Shown here one piece after another: positions 43,744-52,346 of a stretch of DNA of 54,063 nucleotides. Within the stretch, counting starts at the first letter, position 1, and every line of letters starts with the position of its first letter. A program made the position numbers and the translations under genes. The notes beneath the pieces are model-generated. The model saw only the letters and a program-made list of their open reading frames with translations, was not told the origin of the DNA and ran no database searches. Source of the DNA: a virus (lineage: Duplodnaviria > Caudoviricetes); IMG/VR virus record IMGVR_UViG_3300033076_000675, positions 1-54,063 of that record; one strand, 5' to 3'.

Positions 43744-44129
43744 ACCACACTCCCGAATCACTCCTCGCCCTCACCAAGTCGCCAGAGGGCTTATACGAAT
43801 TGCGCTACCAAGCCGCTTTGGCGGATGGTTATTTTGAAGTTGAAAGGCGCGGCACTAAAATTGTAGGCGTTAATCCTCGCCTATTAAAGCGAGAGCATGT
43901 GCCCTTCTACCCCACCTCCCTAGACGCCATCTTCGCCGCAGAGGAGAGGCTTGGGCTGCATAAATTGTGCAAGCACGATGCCTTGTATCAGAAATGGGAG
44001 GAATTTGCAGACGACCTTATTTGCCAGTTCACAGACTTTATCAGTGCCGCTGAATTCGCCTTTCTCCCGCCACCCCTCCGCTTAATCGTTTACATCCTCA
44101 CCGCACAAGGGAAAGAACAGAACCCATGA
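43740..44129 (+). CDS. hypothetical protein
   Basis: ATGA-coupled; VPFYPTSLDA motif. Confidence 0.55.
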   Translation: MNHTPESLLALTKSPEGLYELRYQAALADGYFEVERRGTKIVGVNPRLLKREHVPFYPTSLDAIFAAEERLGLHKLCKHDALYQKWEEFADDLICQFTDFISAAEFAFLPPPLRLIVYILTAQGKEQNP

Positions 44130-44584
44130 ACACTGACACCCCACCCCAGCCAGCGCAAGACCCTTGGGTTCCTCTCGCTGATGTACTCACACTTATCAAC
44201 CATCCCAACTTCCATTGGTGCGTTGGTGGCCTCGAGGAGCTTAAATACATCGAACTCCGCATCGATACGCGGGACAACTGCTGTCTCGTCAAGACCCGAA
44301 ACGGCAAGCAGGTGGATATGGCTAAAGTCGCGAAAGCTTTGGAGTTACCATACCTGAAAGGCATGAACGAGAATCCCGCCGTCGAAGTCCACTCAAAGGA
44401 GACGATGGACGAGGTGAGGGAGGCTTTGAAAGCAGCCGAAGAGCATCTCCGACTTTACGAGGTTCAGATTGACGGCCAGTGTGGCGGCTGCCGTAGTGAT
44501 GAAGAAATGGAACAAGAAAAGCTTTGGGGTGGTGCTATTTACGCCGCTCGTTCCGCCTTCGCCAAACTCAACCCGCCTCAGTGA
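44126..44584 (+). CDS. hypothetical protein
   Basis: Coupled ORF; KYIELRIDTRD. Confidence 0.55.
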   Translation: MNTDTPPQPAQDPWVPLADVLTLINHPNFHWCVGGLEELKYIELRIDTRDNCCLVKTRNGKQVDMAKVAKALELPYLKGMNENPAVEVHSKETMDEVREALKAAEEHLRLYEVQIDGQCGGCRSDEEMEQEKLWGGAIYAARSAFAKLNPPQ

Positions 44585-44985
44585 TGAACTACACCCCCGA
44601 AGAAATAGCCGAAGCCGAACGAATCGTAAACGACATCGCAGAGCACATTGACAACCGTGAGACTCGGGCAGCTTTGCGCCAAGCTCTCTCCATCTACGCT
44701 GACAAGCTGGATGAGACGCGGGAATCAAAGCGCGCTATTCTCACTAACGCCGTGCTCTCAGAGTTGCTAACCATGCGAGAAGAGGCGGATCATGAGGCTA
44801 TTGTAGCCGAACTCAACAACCGTCTCATTGACCGCACGCAAGGACTCCTGGCCATAGCCTCTAAACACCGCCGAGGCCGTTCCGCTACCTCTTTCCGCGC
44901 TGGCTGGGAGGCCGCAATGAATCATCACTCCATCCCTTCGGCCCCCGGCTTAGAACAAGCTCTCCAACAACACCTCGAATCATGA
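44584..44985 (+). CDS. hypothetical protein
   Basis: TGATG-coupled. Confidence 0.55.
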   Translation: MNYTPEEIAEAERIVNDIAEHIDNRETRAALRQALSIYADKLDETRESKRAILTNAVLSELLTMREEADHEAIVAELNNRLIDRTQGLLAIASKHRRGRSATSFRAGWEAAMNHHSIPSAPGLEQALQQHLES

Positions 44986-45179
44986 CCAACAAACCGAAAG
45001 CAAGAACCAAGGAAGAAAAGATCGCCCGCGTGAAAGAAGTCATGCGGATGTCGAACGCAGGCTTTAACGCCAACTTCATCGAACGCCGGACAGGAACTGC
45101 CGTATGCAAGGCCCGCGAGTGGGCTAAGATGCTTGGTATTGAATGGACGGGCAAGCCAGAGAAGGGGGTGAAGGCATGA
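44982..45179 (+). CDS. small HTH-like protein
   Basis: GFNANFIERRTG..AREWAKMLG. Confidence 0.5.
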   Translation: MTNKPKARTKEEKIARVKEVMRMSNAGFNANFIERRTGTAVCKAREWAKMLGIEWTGKPEKGVKA

Positions 45180-45331
45180 GTTATGAAAATAAAAGTGATA
45201 AGGCTCCGCTCCACATAATAATCTTTGGCGTGCTTTTGGTGTTTTACTGTTTTGCCTGGATCTCTGCCGAAAAGAAAACAGCCAAACGGAACCCTTGTTC
45301 CTGCATGTATTGCCGCCCCCAAAAGCCATGA
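45176..45331 (+). CDS. small membrane protein with Cys cluster
   Basis: TM helix then CSCMYC. Confidence 0.5.
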   Translation: MSYENKSDKAPLHIIIFGVLLVFYCFAWISAEKKTAKRNPCSCMYCRPQKP

Positions 45332-45957
45332 AACGCACGCCCCTCAAGCGCAAGACCCCGCTCCGACGTGGCAACGTTGCCACAAAGGTTTGCCGGGGTG
45401 TACAGAACGATTCTAAGCCTCGGAAAATTAAGGTCCGGCTCGCCACCGTATCGAAGGCACGGAAGGTCCAGCTAGAGCTTTACTTTGCGGCCACCAAGGC
45501 AGCCAAAGAGGCGGACCACAGGTGCCAGCGGTGCTTTTGCGTTTCGGAAGCCCTAGACGCCCACCACCCCTACGGGCGTTCGGGTAGCTGGCTCCATCAC
45601 TTCATCCTCCTTTGCCGCCCCTGTCACGAATGGGTGCATGAAAACTCCAATGAGGCGTATGCGGAGGGGTGGCTGCAACCCGAATACAAAGGCTACGTTC
45701 GGACGCAGCACAAGACGCCCTGGAGCAAAATCTACACCCCTGCACAGTGGGATGTTACGACGATCCAACAACGGGAAGGCCCAGCGGAAAAGCGAATAGC
45801 GGCCCAGCACGCCTCTGTTGATTGGCGGCAGGGCGTGAACCAAAACGCCGCGTTCCTCAACGTCTCCCCCGATGCGCTACGCCGCTACATGGAGCGGCAC
45901 AACATCCCAATCCCCGACCTCAGAAAAAACAAACACATCAAAGATAAAAAAATATGA
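45328..45957 (+). CDS. HNH-type nuclease with C-terminal HTH
   Basis: MKRTPLKRKTPL..CQRC..DAHH..LCRPCHEWVH; VDW..LNVS HTH. Confidence 0.7.
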   Translation: MKRTPLKRKTPLRRGNVATKVCRGVQNDSKPRKIKVRLATVSKARKVQLELYFAATKAAKEADHRCQRCFCVSEALDAHHPYGRSGSWLHHFILLCRPCHEWVHENSNEAYAEGWLQPEYKGYVRTQHKTPWSKIYTPAQWDVTTIQQREGPAEKRIAAQHASVDWRQGVNQNAAFLNVSPDALRRYMERHNIPIPDLRKNKHIKDKKI

Positions 45958-46169
45958 ACGAGCTATTCACCATTCCAGAATCAAAGTCGCCGCGTCTCAA
46001 GTGGATGGAGGCGCATGGCATCGAGGTTAGCCACTCAGAGCTAACTGGATACATGGCATTTGGCACCGCAGAAGGAAGCGGCTTTGGCGACACTGCCGAG
46101 GAGGCTATTCTTGCCTATGCAAAAAACATTGGCATTCCCCTATGGAATGAGCTTGACCTGCCCAGGTGA
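45954..46169 (+). CDS. hypothetical protein
   Basis: Coupled ORF. Confidence 0.6.
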   Translation: MNELFTIPESKSPRLKWMEAHGIEVSHSELTGYMAFGTAEGSGFGDTAEEAILAYAKNIGIPLWNELDLPR

Positions 46170-46317
46170 CCGGGTAGGGTAGTGGAGTCGAAAGTCTGCG
46201 TGGAAACAGGCTTTCAATGACGCGTTAGTGAAGCAAACGATAAAATCGCCCCTCTTATTCAGGACCGCCGCTTCACGGTTTCCATTCCTGAGTTCGAGGG
46301 GCGTCCTTCTTATTGTT
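46153..46317 (+). promoter_or_regulatory. promoter plus two-hairpin leader with loop-loop complementarity
   Basis: TTGACC-N16-TAGGGT; GAAAGTCTG/CAGGCTTTC; CGCCCCTC/GAGGGGCG; TGGAAAC/GTTTCCA and GTGAAGC/GCTTCAC. Confidence 0.55.
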
Positions 46318-46824
46318 ATGGCTACTCCCGAAAAAGTCCCATATTGGGAACTCCTTAAACGCCCTGAATGGCAGCGTAAACGCTTGGAAATCATGCAGCG
46401 TGACAATTTCACTTGCATTGATTGCGATGATTCAGAATCCACTTTAAACGTTCATCATCGCTATTATGTGAAAGGACGTATGCCGTGGGATTATCCAGAT
46501 TTTTGCCTGATTACACTTTGTTCATCTTGTCATGAAATTCAACATGACTCCGCTGATTTTAATGCATCATGGGAAAATATAACGGATGCTGTAATTGGAC
46601 TTCTGAACTTTTCAAACCCATGCATTCATAACGATCTTGAGATGGTGGCTAGAATGCTTCTTCGAAAAACTTCCAGAGAGAAAGTTGCTGAAGCTTTACT
46701 TGATGGAGTGATGAGGGCTTGGGCTGAAGAAACTGACGAACCGCCTTTAGTATATACTCAGCAGGATCATTTTAAAGAGTGGGCAAAGGTTAAATACCCT
46801 AATAAGCCTAAATATTTTCAGTAA
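46318..46824 (+). CDS. HNH endonuclease-like protein
   Basis: WQRKRLEIMQRDNFTCIDC..LNVHH..Y..LITLCSSCH. Confidence 0.85.
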   Translation: MATPEKVPYWELLKRPEWQRKRLEIMQRDNFTCIDCDDSESTLNVHHRYYVKGRMPWDYPDFCLITLCSSCHEIQHDSADFNASWENITDAVIGLLNFSNPCIHNDLEMVARMLLRKTSREKVAEALLDGVMRAWAEETDEPPLVYTQQDHFKEWAKVKYPNKPKYFQ

Positions 46825-46832
46825 CATTTAAC

Positions 46833-47492
46833 ATGACTGATTCCTCTTTAATTGCCGATTTGATCCGTAGCGGAGTTGCGCCCGAGCTTATTCAGCGCGT
46901 TGCAGAGGCTCTTGTTGAAGCGGCTAAACCGACTCAAAACACCCCGATTCAATCCTCTAATGCTATTCGTTGCGCTCGTTACCGTGAATCAAAAAAGCAT
47001 GTCAAAGCATGTCAAAACCATGTCGCAAGCGTGTCTGAACATAATTCTCCCTCCCCCTCGCTCCCTCCCTCGCCCCTTTCCCCCACTCCCCCTATCCCCA
47101 CACCCACCCACACACCCCCACCCACACGTGCGCGTAAGGGCCGCAGGGCTGAAGCCATTGGAGAGTTCATCCTTACCGATGCAGAGCCTTCCAAAAAAGA
47201 TCCGCGATTCACTGCATTCCGTGACACGTTCATTGAAGCTTACGAGTCTTTCACATCTCAGAAATACCGCTTTCGTCCTCACGATGGAATGCAACTTTCT
47301 TCACTGCTCAAAGACAGCCCAACTCTTACCGCCATTGAATTTCGAGGTGCATTAGATTGGTGTCGAAAAGTCGCCTCAAGGGACCGCTACGCAAAAGGCT
47401 GCGTGAAGAACACCAGCAACCTAGCCGCATTCTGCACAGCCTGGAATGACATCGCTGAATATTTCCAAACTTATACAGATCCAGTTAAATGA
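46833..47492 (+). CDS. replication initiator protein
   Basis: Directly upstream of DnaB; NAIRCARYRESKK helix, internal iterons and Pro-rich linker as in lambdoid O-like initiators. Confidence 0.65.
   Translation: MTDSSLIADLIRSGVAPELIQRVAEALVEAAKPTQNTPIQSSNAIRCARYRESKKHVKACQNHVASVSEHNSPSPSLPPSPLSPTPPIPTPTHTPPPTRARKGRRAEAIGEFILTDAEPSKKDPRFTAFRDTFIEAYESFTSQKYRFRPHDGMQLSSLLKDSPTLTAIEFRGALDWCRKVASRDRYAKGCVKNTSNLAAFCTAWNDIAEYFQTYTDPVK
46994..47035 (+). repeat. iteron-like tandem repeats (putative origin)
   Basis: AAAGCATGTC AAAGCATGTC AAAACCATGTC GCAAGCGTGTC. Confidence 0.6.
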
Positions 47493-48928
47493 TCGAAGAA
47501 CCCAAAAACCGCTTTGGCCGGAAAAGCCACGAAACCGCCACGGCTGAAGAACTGCTTGCCAGCTTTGCAGAGGCATCGGGAGATATGCCGCAAAGCAGTG
47601 AGGCAGAGGAAGGTATTATTGCTAGCATCTTCAACGACCCGCACAAACTGAGCGAGGTTCGATTGAAGCTCCAGCCGCAAGCCTTTTACAACGATAGCAA
47701 CCGCCGAATCTATGAGGAGATGCTGACGATGGATCAAGAGGCTGTGGATATTGACCCGATTGTCATTGTGAACCGCCTACGCGACCAGAATGCGCTAGAA
47801 TCCTGTGGAGGGGCTGCCCGAATCACTGAGCTATTTTGCTACCATGCAAGCGCGGCTGCGTTTCAATACTACCTCAAGATGATGCGCGACCGCTGGACGC
47901 TGCGCAAAGAGATCCACGGGCATCTTCTGGCTGTTAGTTTGTGCTTTCGCCATCATAAGGACAGACCCGACATGGAGGTGGAGAGCACGCTAAACGATTG
48001 CACAAGCGTGGTGCAGCTATCGAGGGATGGAATCAAGGTTGACATGAATACCTCCGCCACCCTAACGCAGTGCCTGCACGAACACATAGAGCATATGCAG
48101 GCATTGCAGGAGAAGCGCGAGACGGGCAAGATGCCGCTCATCACCACCGGATTCCCTACGCTGGATAAAAACGCAGGTGGAATGGCGATAAACGAATACT
48201 GGCTTGTAACCGGACCGACGAAAGCGGGTAAATCTATTTTAGCGGGCAATATTGTGAAACACGCCGCGAACAAGGGATGGAAGGCGAAGATTTACACGAA
48301 CGAGGTTCAGCGCGTGGCTTATGCGGGGCGTTTCCTCGCCTCAGAGAGCAGCGAGTTCGATGGATCTATCGAGCGGCATGGATTTGAAAACAGGAAGCAG
48401 ATGGCCGAATATAGCCGGGCAGTGAACGCGCTTTCTCGGACCATCGGGGAGAATGTGATTATTGACAACGCCGCCGGGAAATATGTGGAGGACATAGTAG
48501 CAGACATTCGCATGGAGGCAGAGAGAGGCGTGCAATTCTTTGTGGTGGATCTTATTGGTAAGCTCCGCACTCGTGTTCCATCATACAGCCGGGAGAATGA
48601 GCTAGCGGGCATCTCTGGTAAGCTCTCAGACGCCACCAAGCTCTTCAACGTGGCCCTGATGGTGGTTGCCCAGGAGAACGACGATGGAGCCGTGAGAGAG
48701 TCAAAAGCCTTAGCGATGGACTGCGAGGCATGGCTTAAGATCAAATTCGTTTACAAGGAGGCTGAGGGCAAAAGGACGTTTGGAGCCGCTGCCATGGACG
48801 CCAAAAAAGAGATTGAGCGCGACAAGCGAAACCTTGTTGTCGAGGTTGCCCGTGGATTTTCCGCTGGCGATTCTATCCCGTGCCACTTTAACGGAGCACG
48901 TTTCCTTTTGGCTGAGATGGCCAGATAA
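47489..48928 (+). CDS. dnaB: replicative DNA helicase, DnaB family
   Basis: PQSSEAEEGII..FYNDSNRRIY N-domain; ITTGFPTLD; Walker A GPTKAGKS; VVDLIG; RES. Confidence 0.9.
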   Translation: MIEEPKNRFGRKSHETATAEELLASFAEASGDMPQSSEAEEGIIASIFNDPHKLSEVRLKLQPQAFYNDSNRRIYEEMLTMDQEAVDIDPIVIVNRLRDQNALESCGGAARITELFCYHASAAAFQYYLKMMRDRWTLRKEIHGHLLAVSLCFRHHKDRPDMEVESTLNDCTSVVQLSRDGIKVDMNTSATLTQCLHEHIEHMQALQEKRETGKMPLITTGFPTLDKNAGGMAINEYWLVTGPTKAGKSILAGNIVKHAANKGWKAKIYTNEVQRVAYAGRFLASESSEFDGSIERHGFENRKQMAEYSRAVNALSRTIGENVIIDNAAGKYVEDIVADIRMEAERGVQFFVVDLIGKLRTRVPSYSRENELAGISGKLSDATKLFNVALMVVAQENDDGAVRESKALAMDCEAWLKIKFVYKEAEGKRTFGAAAMDAKKEIERDKRNLVVEVARGFSAGDSIPCHFNGARFLLAEMAR

Positions 48929-48952
48929 CAGGCACACCTACACGCACGCATT

Positions 48953-49108
48953 ATGAAACTGAGATCAACACCATGCCCGAAATGCAAAAAGAAAACGCTT
49001 AGTCATCCGCCTTTATCGGCGCATGATTGCAGGCGCAATCCATCGAAAGATACCAGCCGCGCTGTATGCCGTAGCTGTGGAGTTAAATTGAAAATCATTA
49101 ACTCATGA
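48953..49108 (+). CDS. zinc-ribbon protein (51 aa)
   Basis: CPKC...CRSC; below track cutoff. Confidence 0.55.
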   Translation: MKLRSTPCPKCKKKTLSHPPLSAHDCRRNPSKDTSRAVCRSCGVKLKIINS

Positions 49109-49272
49109 ACTGGCAAGCATACCTCCCCACGCCTGAGCAGATCGAGGCGGATAACGCGCTTGTGGATGCTGCGCTAGACCGCCTGACAAACTTTGTGAAA
49201 ATACAGTTTGACGGGATGACGGGCGACGTGCAGAATGAGGGCGTTAAGGAAATCAAATCATCACGCATATGA
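49105..49272 (+). CDS. small hypothetical protein
   Basis: ATGA-coupled at both ends (MNWQAYLPTP...). Confidence 0.4.
   Translation: MNWQAYLPTPEQIEADNALVDAALDRLTNFVKIQFDGMTGDVQNEGVKEIKSSRI
49208..49236 (+). promoter_or_regulatory. promoter with ACGG tandem motif (copy 3)
   Basis: TTGACGGGATGACGGGCG..CAGAAT. Confidence 0.55.
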
Positions 49273-49565
49273 AATCACTTCACTCTCCGTTTAAATTAGT
49301 GCCTGAAATTGTGGCAAATTCCACACTGGCGCTTGCTCCTTTCCGTATCGTCAAAAGGGATATTGAACACGCTGTAATTAAGATCAACGAAAGCAGCATT
49401 ACTCCAAACGTAAACGCTGGATCGGACGCCGCCTTGGCTCATGCTATCCAGCTTGCTGAAACTATGCAAGCCAGCCGCGCTGGCGATGTTCTTGCTAACT
49501 TGGTTCATACGCATACTCAGCTTGGACAAATCATCGCTAATATGCAGGCGATGGCGGCAGAATAA
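49269..49565 (+). CDS. hypothetical protein
   Basis: ORF with ATCATCAC leader. Confidence 0.6.
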   Translation: MKSLHSPFKLVPEIVANSTLALAPFRIVKRDIEHAVIKINESSITPNVNAGSDAALAHAIQLAETMQASRAGDVLANLVHTHTQLGQIIANMQAMAAE

Positions 49566-49604
49566 ACAAACCTTAGGGGCGCGGCTGTAACGCGCATTTC
49601 AATT

Positions 49605-50075
49605 ATGAAAAACATCATCATCACAGACGAGGAATTAATAAGGTATTCTGACGTTTTTAGCGCAAGTATTCACAAGCTGTCTAACTTGGACGCGCGACGA
49701 GCAGCCCTTGCCGACTTCCTGAACAACCACCCTCAGGTTGCGCAGCTTCGGCCCATCGCGGAGATGCCAGAGAAGGTGCCAGAGGGGTGCGTGCGGGTGT
49801 ATATGTGGATGGATCATGGAGGGTTTGGCGGGCAGCCATCCTTCATATGCCGAAAACAAGATAACTTCAGCCACTTCATCGACATCCAACTCCCTACGCC
49901 CGACCCCGATGCAGAGGAGAGACAGCAGTTTGAGGAGGCGATGAAGAAAGCTTGCCCTGATTTCAACTTTACTCTGGAGCAAGACGGGAAAACTTATCGC
50001 AGCATCAGGGTTGATGCCGCCTGGATTGCCTGGAGTGTTCGAGGCCAACTCGCAAAGAAAGGAGGCGACAAGTGA
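49605..50075 (+). CDS. hypothetical protein
   Basis: ERQQFE..Y....AWIAW module. Confidence 0.6.
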   Translation: MKNIIITDEELIRYSDVFSASIHKLSNLDARRAALADFLNNHPQVAQLRPIAEMPEKVPEGCVRVYMWMDHGGFGGQPSFICRKQDNFSHFIDIQLPTPDPDAEERQQFEEAMKKACPDFNFTLEQDGKTYRSIRVDAAWIAWSVRGQLAKKGGDK

Positions 50076-50596
50076 GCAACACGCCTGACACCGCAGCCGC
50101 CTTGAAGTATTGCACCGCTACTATGCCAGCGGAAGATTGGTGTGCCTACATGGCCAAGACCTGCCAGAAAATTGAAACCCAGCGCGACGAGGCCAGGGCT
50201 GAGGTGGAGAGGTTGAGGAAGCGTGAAGTTTTCGCCAAGGACATCATCACCAACTTCTTAAACTGCCTGCCCTTACGCCGCGATTGGCTAGATCCGGTGG
50301 TGGAGCAAATGGCCAAGGAGTTTTTGCAACCTGAGATCATCGGCTGGAAACCTGCCGCCACCTCCCCCGAAATCTTCGAGGCGGAGGGAAAAGAGTGGTA
50401 TAGGCACACGCCAGGGGATGAGTGCCCTTGTGACATCAAACAGCAGGTAAAGTGCCTGACGAGCAAAGAAGGTGAAACTGCCACGTCTACTGCCGTCGTG
50501 TTTGGGTGGGAAGTTAAAAACCCGAACGAAACATGGTGGGGCCTCATCATCGGCTGGCGACCCGCAGACGCGCCGGAGAAACTGGAGAGGAAGTAA
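50072..50596 (+). CDS. mosaic hypothetical protein
   Basis: TPDT..ETQRDEARAEVERL; IIGW repeat. Confidence 0.6.
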   Translation: MSNTPDTAAALKYCTATMPAEDWCAYMAKTCQKIETQRDEARAEVERLRKREVFAKDIITNFLNCLPLRRDWLDPVVEQMAKEFLQPEIIGWKPAATSPEIFEAEGKEWYRHTPGDECPCDIKQQVKCLTSKEGETATSTAVVFGWEVKNPNETWWGLIIGWRPADAPEKLERK

Positions 50597-50614
50597 ACAG
50601 AACAACGAACGATT

Positions 50615-50902
50615 ATGACAACTCAAAACGCTTTAAAAGAAATAGCCTCAGCTTACGAGGCGCACAAAGCAGCCGCTCAAAAGCTGGCTACATTGACCAA
50701 ACAAGCCTATCCAATCGGAACAATGGTCCGCATTAAAACCGGGCGAGGTTACACAGTCGGAACTGTGATTGATGCAGGTTGCACTTGGAGCACGCGGTAT
50801 CCCGATGAAATCAGGATTCGGAATAGCCGAACGCTAAAAAGCCGGGGAGCAATCTACGCTTCGCACACCGCCATTAAAATCATTAGCTACCCTGAATCAT
50901 GA
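50615..50902 (+). CDS. hypothetical protein
   Basis: ACGATTATG leader; YPIGTMVRI. Confidence 0.6.
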   Translation: MTTQNALKEIASAYEAHKAAAQKLATLTKQAYPIGTMVRIKTGRGYTVGTVIDAGCTWSTRYPDEIRIRNSRTLKSRGAIYASHTAIKIISYPES

Positions 50903-51312
50903 CACCACGTCCACCAACACACAGAGAGCCAACAGACGAGGAAATGCAATGCTTGCCGGAGGGGACGCTTGTTCTATGCACCGATGGCAAAACATGGCAA
51001 TTGACCGCTAGTGCAGGCAAAAAAGCTTATTGGGGGAAAGGCCTTTTCGCCGTCCCCATCACGGGGCAGGAGGCTCCCACCCTGCATGAACCCATCACCC
51101 GCGAGGCCCTCAACAAGGCCCTGCGTGAACGGGATGAGGCGAGGGCAGAAGCACGGGAAAGCCTGCGGGATAAATTCGCGATGGCCGCAATGAGCGGATG
51201 CTACGCCGGAGAAGCTCCACAAAAACGCTCTGCTTTGGATTTTGAGGCAGATGCCGAGATGTTTTACAAGATTGCAGACGCAATGCTCGCCGCTCGGAAT
51301 CAAACCGTTTAA
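50899..51312 (+). CDS. hypothetical phage protein
   Basis: SLRDKFAMAAM...YKIADAMLAAR, a widespread phage module. Confidence 0.7.
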   Translation: MTPRPPTHREPTDEEMQCLPEGTLVLCTDGKTWQLTASAGKKAYWGKGLFAVPITGQEAPTLHEPITREALNKALRERDEARAEARESLRDKFAMAAMSGCYAGEAPQKRSALDFEADAEMFYKIADAMLAARNQTV

Positions 51313-51316
51313 CATT

Positions 51317-51562
51317 ATGGGACAAAAAGCTAAATCATTCAAAATCTCGCACGACCTTGCAGAAGCATCGGTGTTGAGGGCGCAATACATGGGCTATCCT
51401 TCGTGGGCGAACTATGTCAAGACGCTGATTCGGAGGGACATCGGGGGCGTTATTTGCGAGGCGCAGGATTTGAAAAGCCTCACACTCAGGCAAGAGGATG
51501 CACTTGATTTGATTTTGCATCGCACTGTTGAAAAGGCAATTTCAAGGCTGCCCGCCGAATAA
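51317..51562 (+). CDS. RHH-like DNA-binding protein
   Basis: KSFKISHDL..RAQYMGYPSWANYVKTLIRRD. Confidence 0.55.
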   Translation: MGQKAKSFKISHDLAEASVLRAQYMGYPSWANYVKTLIRRDIGGVICEAQDLKSLTLRQEDALDLILHRTVEKAISRLPAE

Positions 51563-51615
51563 TCTTGACACAATTTCCATAAACCGGGTAAAATCGAGTT
51601 TCGACGCAGGATAAT

Positions 51616-51837
51616 ATGGTTGCCGACATTTTTATCACACTTGGAAGTCTTTACGCTTTCGGGCTTCTTTTATTCTGGCTGACAAGCCGCCATGAAGCGG
51701 AATTTAAAGGTAAAGAACTGCCAGAGGAGTTGAGAGACTCCCACGAAAGTATTCATAATGAATTTCTTGAGCTAAAGATCAAGAAATGGAACGAGGTTCG
51801 ATGGATCGGCAATACTCCAGACGATGACGCTTACTGA
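51616..51837 (+). CDS. small membrane protein
   Basis: N-terminal TM; preceded by TTGACA-N18-TAAAAT (51565-51594). Confidence 0.55.
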   Translation: MVADIFITLGSLYAFGLLLFWLTSRHEAEFKGKELPEELRDSHESIHNEFLELKIKKWNEVRWIGNTPDDDAY

Positions 51838-51911
51838 GGCGTTTTATCTGGTTGCAAAGCAAGATCCGAGGAGCCAACATCACCACCAGTAAACACACGA
51901 AAAACGACACT

Positions 51912-52292
51912 ATGACACCAGAAAACGCCAAAGCACTTCTCCCTATCATCACGGCTTATGCGGAGGGAAAAACGATTCAGGTATGCCGCAGATACACTGA
52001 ATCAGAAACTTGGAGTGACATTCCTTTTCCTGATTTTAATGATGCGCCTGACCGCTACCGCATCAAACCAGAGCCAAAGCGGGTCGCAATGACAAGCGAC
52101 GACTTCCCGCCTGTGTTTTGGATTCGGGATATGGATAAAGGGACAACAGACCTTTGCGACAGTATAAGTCCATCAGGGCAACTTGAATCTCGTCATCTCA
52201 AAAGCGCACCAGCGGTTTTGGAAGAGGAAAACTTCCGTTGGTCCACCGACCGCAAAACGTGGCACAGCTTCATGAAGGAGGTGCAGGAGTGA
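51912..52292 (+). CDS. hypothetical phage protein
   Basis: LLPIITAYAEGKTIQ...YRIKPEP family motif. Confidence 0.7.
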   Translation: MTPENAKALLPIITAYAEGKTIQVCRRYTESETWSDIPFPDFNDAPDRYRIKPEPKRVAMTSDDFPPVFWIRDMDKGTTDLCDSISPSGQLESRHLKSAPAVLEEENFRWSTDRKTWHSFMKEVQE

Positions 52293-52346
52293 TTTCTTGC
52301 ATCTCGCGCAAAGGGTGACATTGTTTGGTAACAACGATCTACGATT

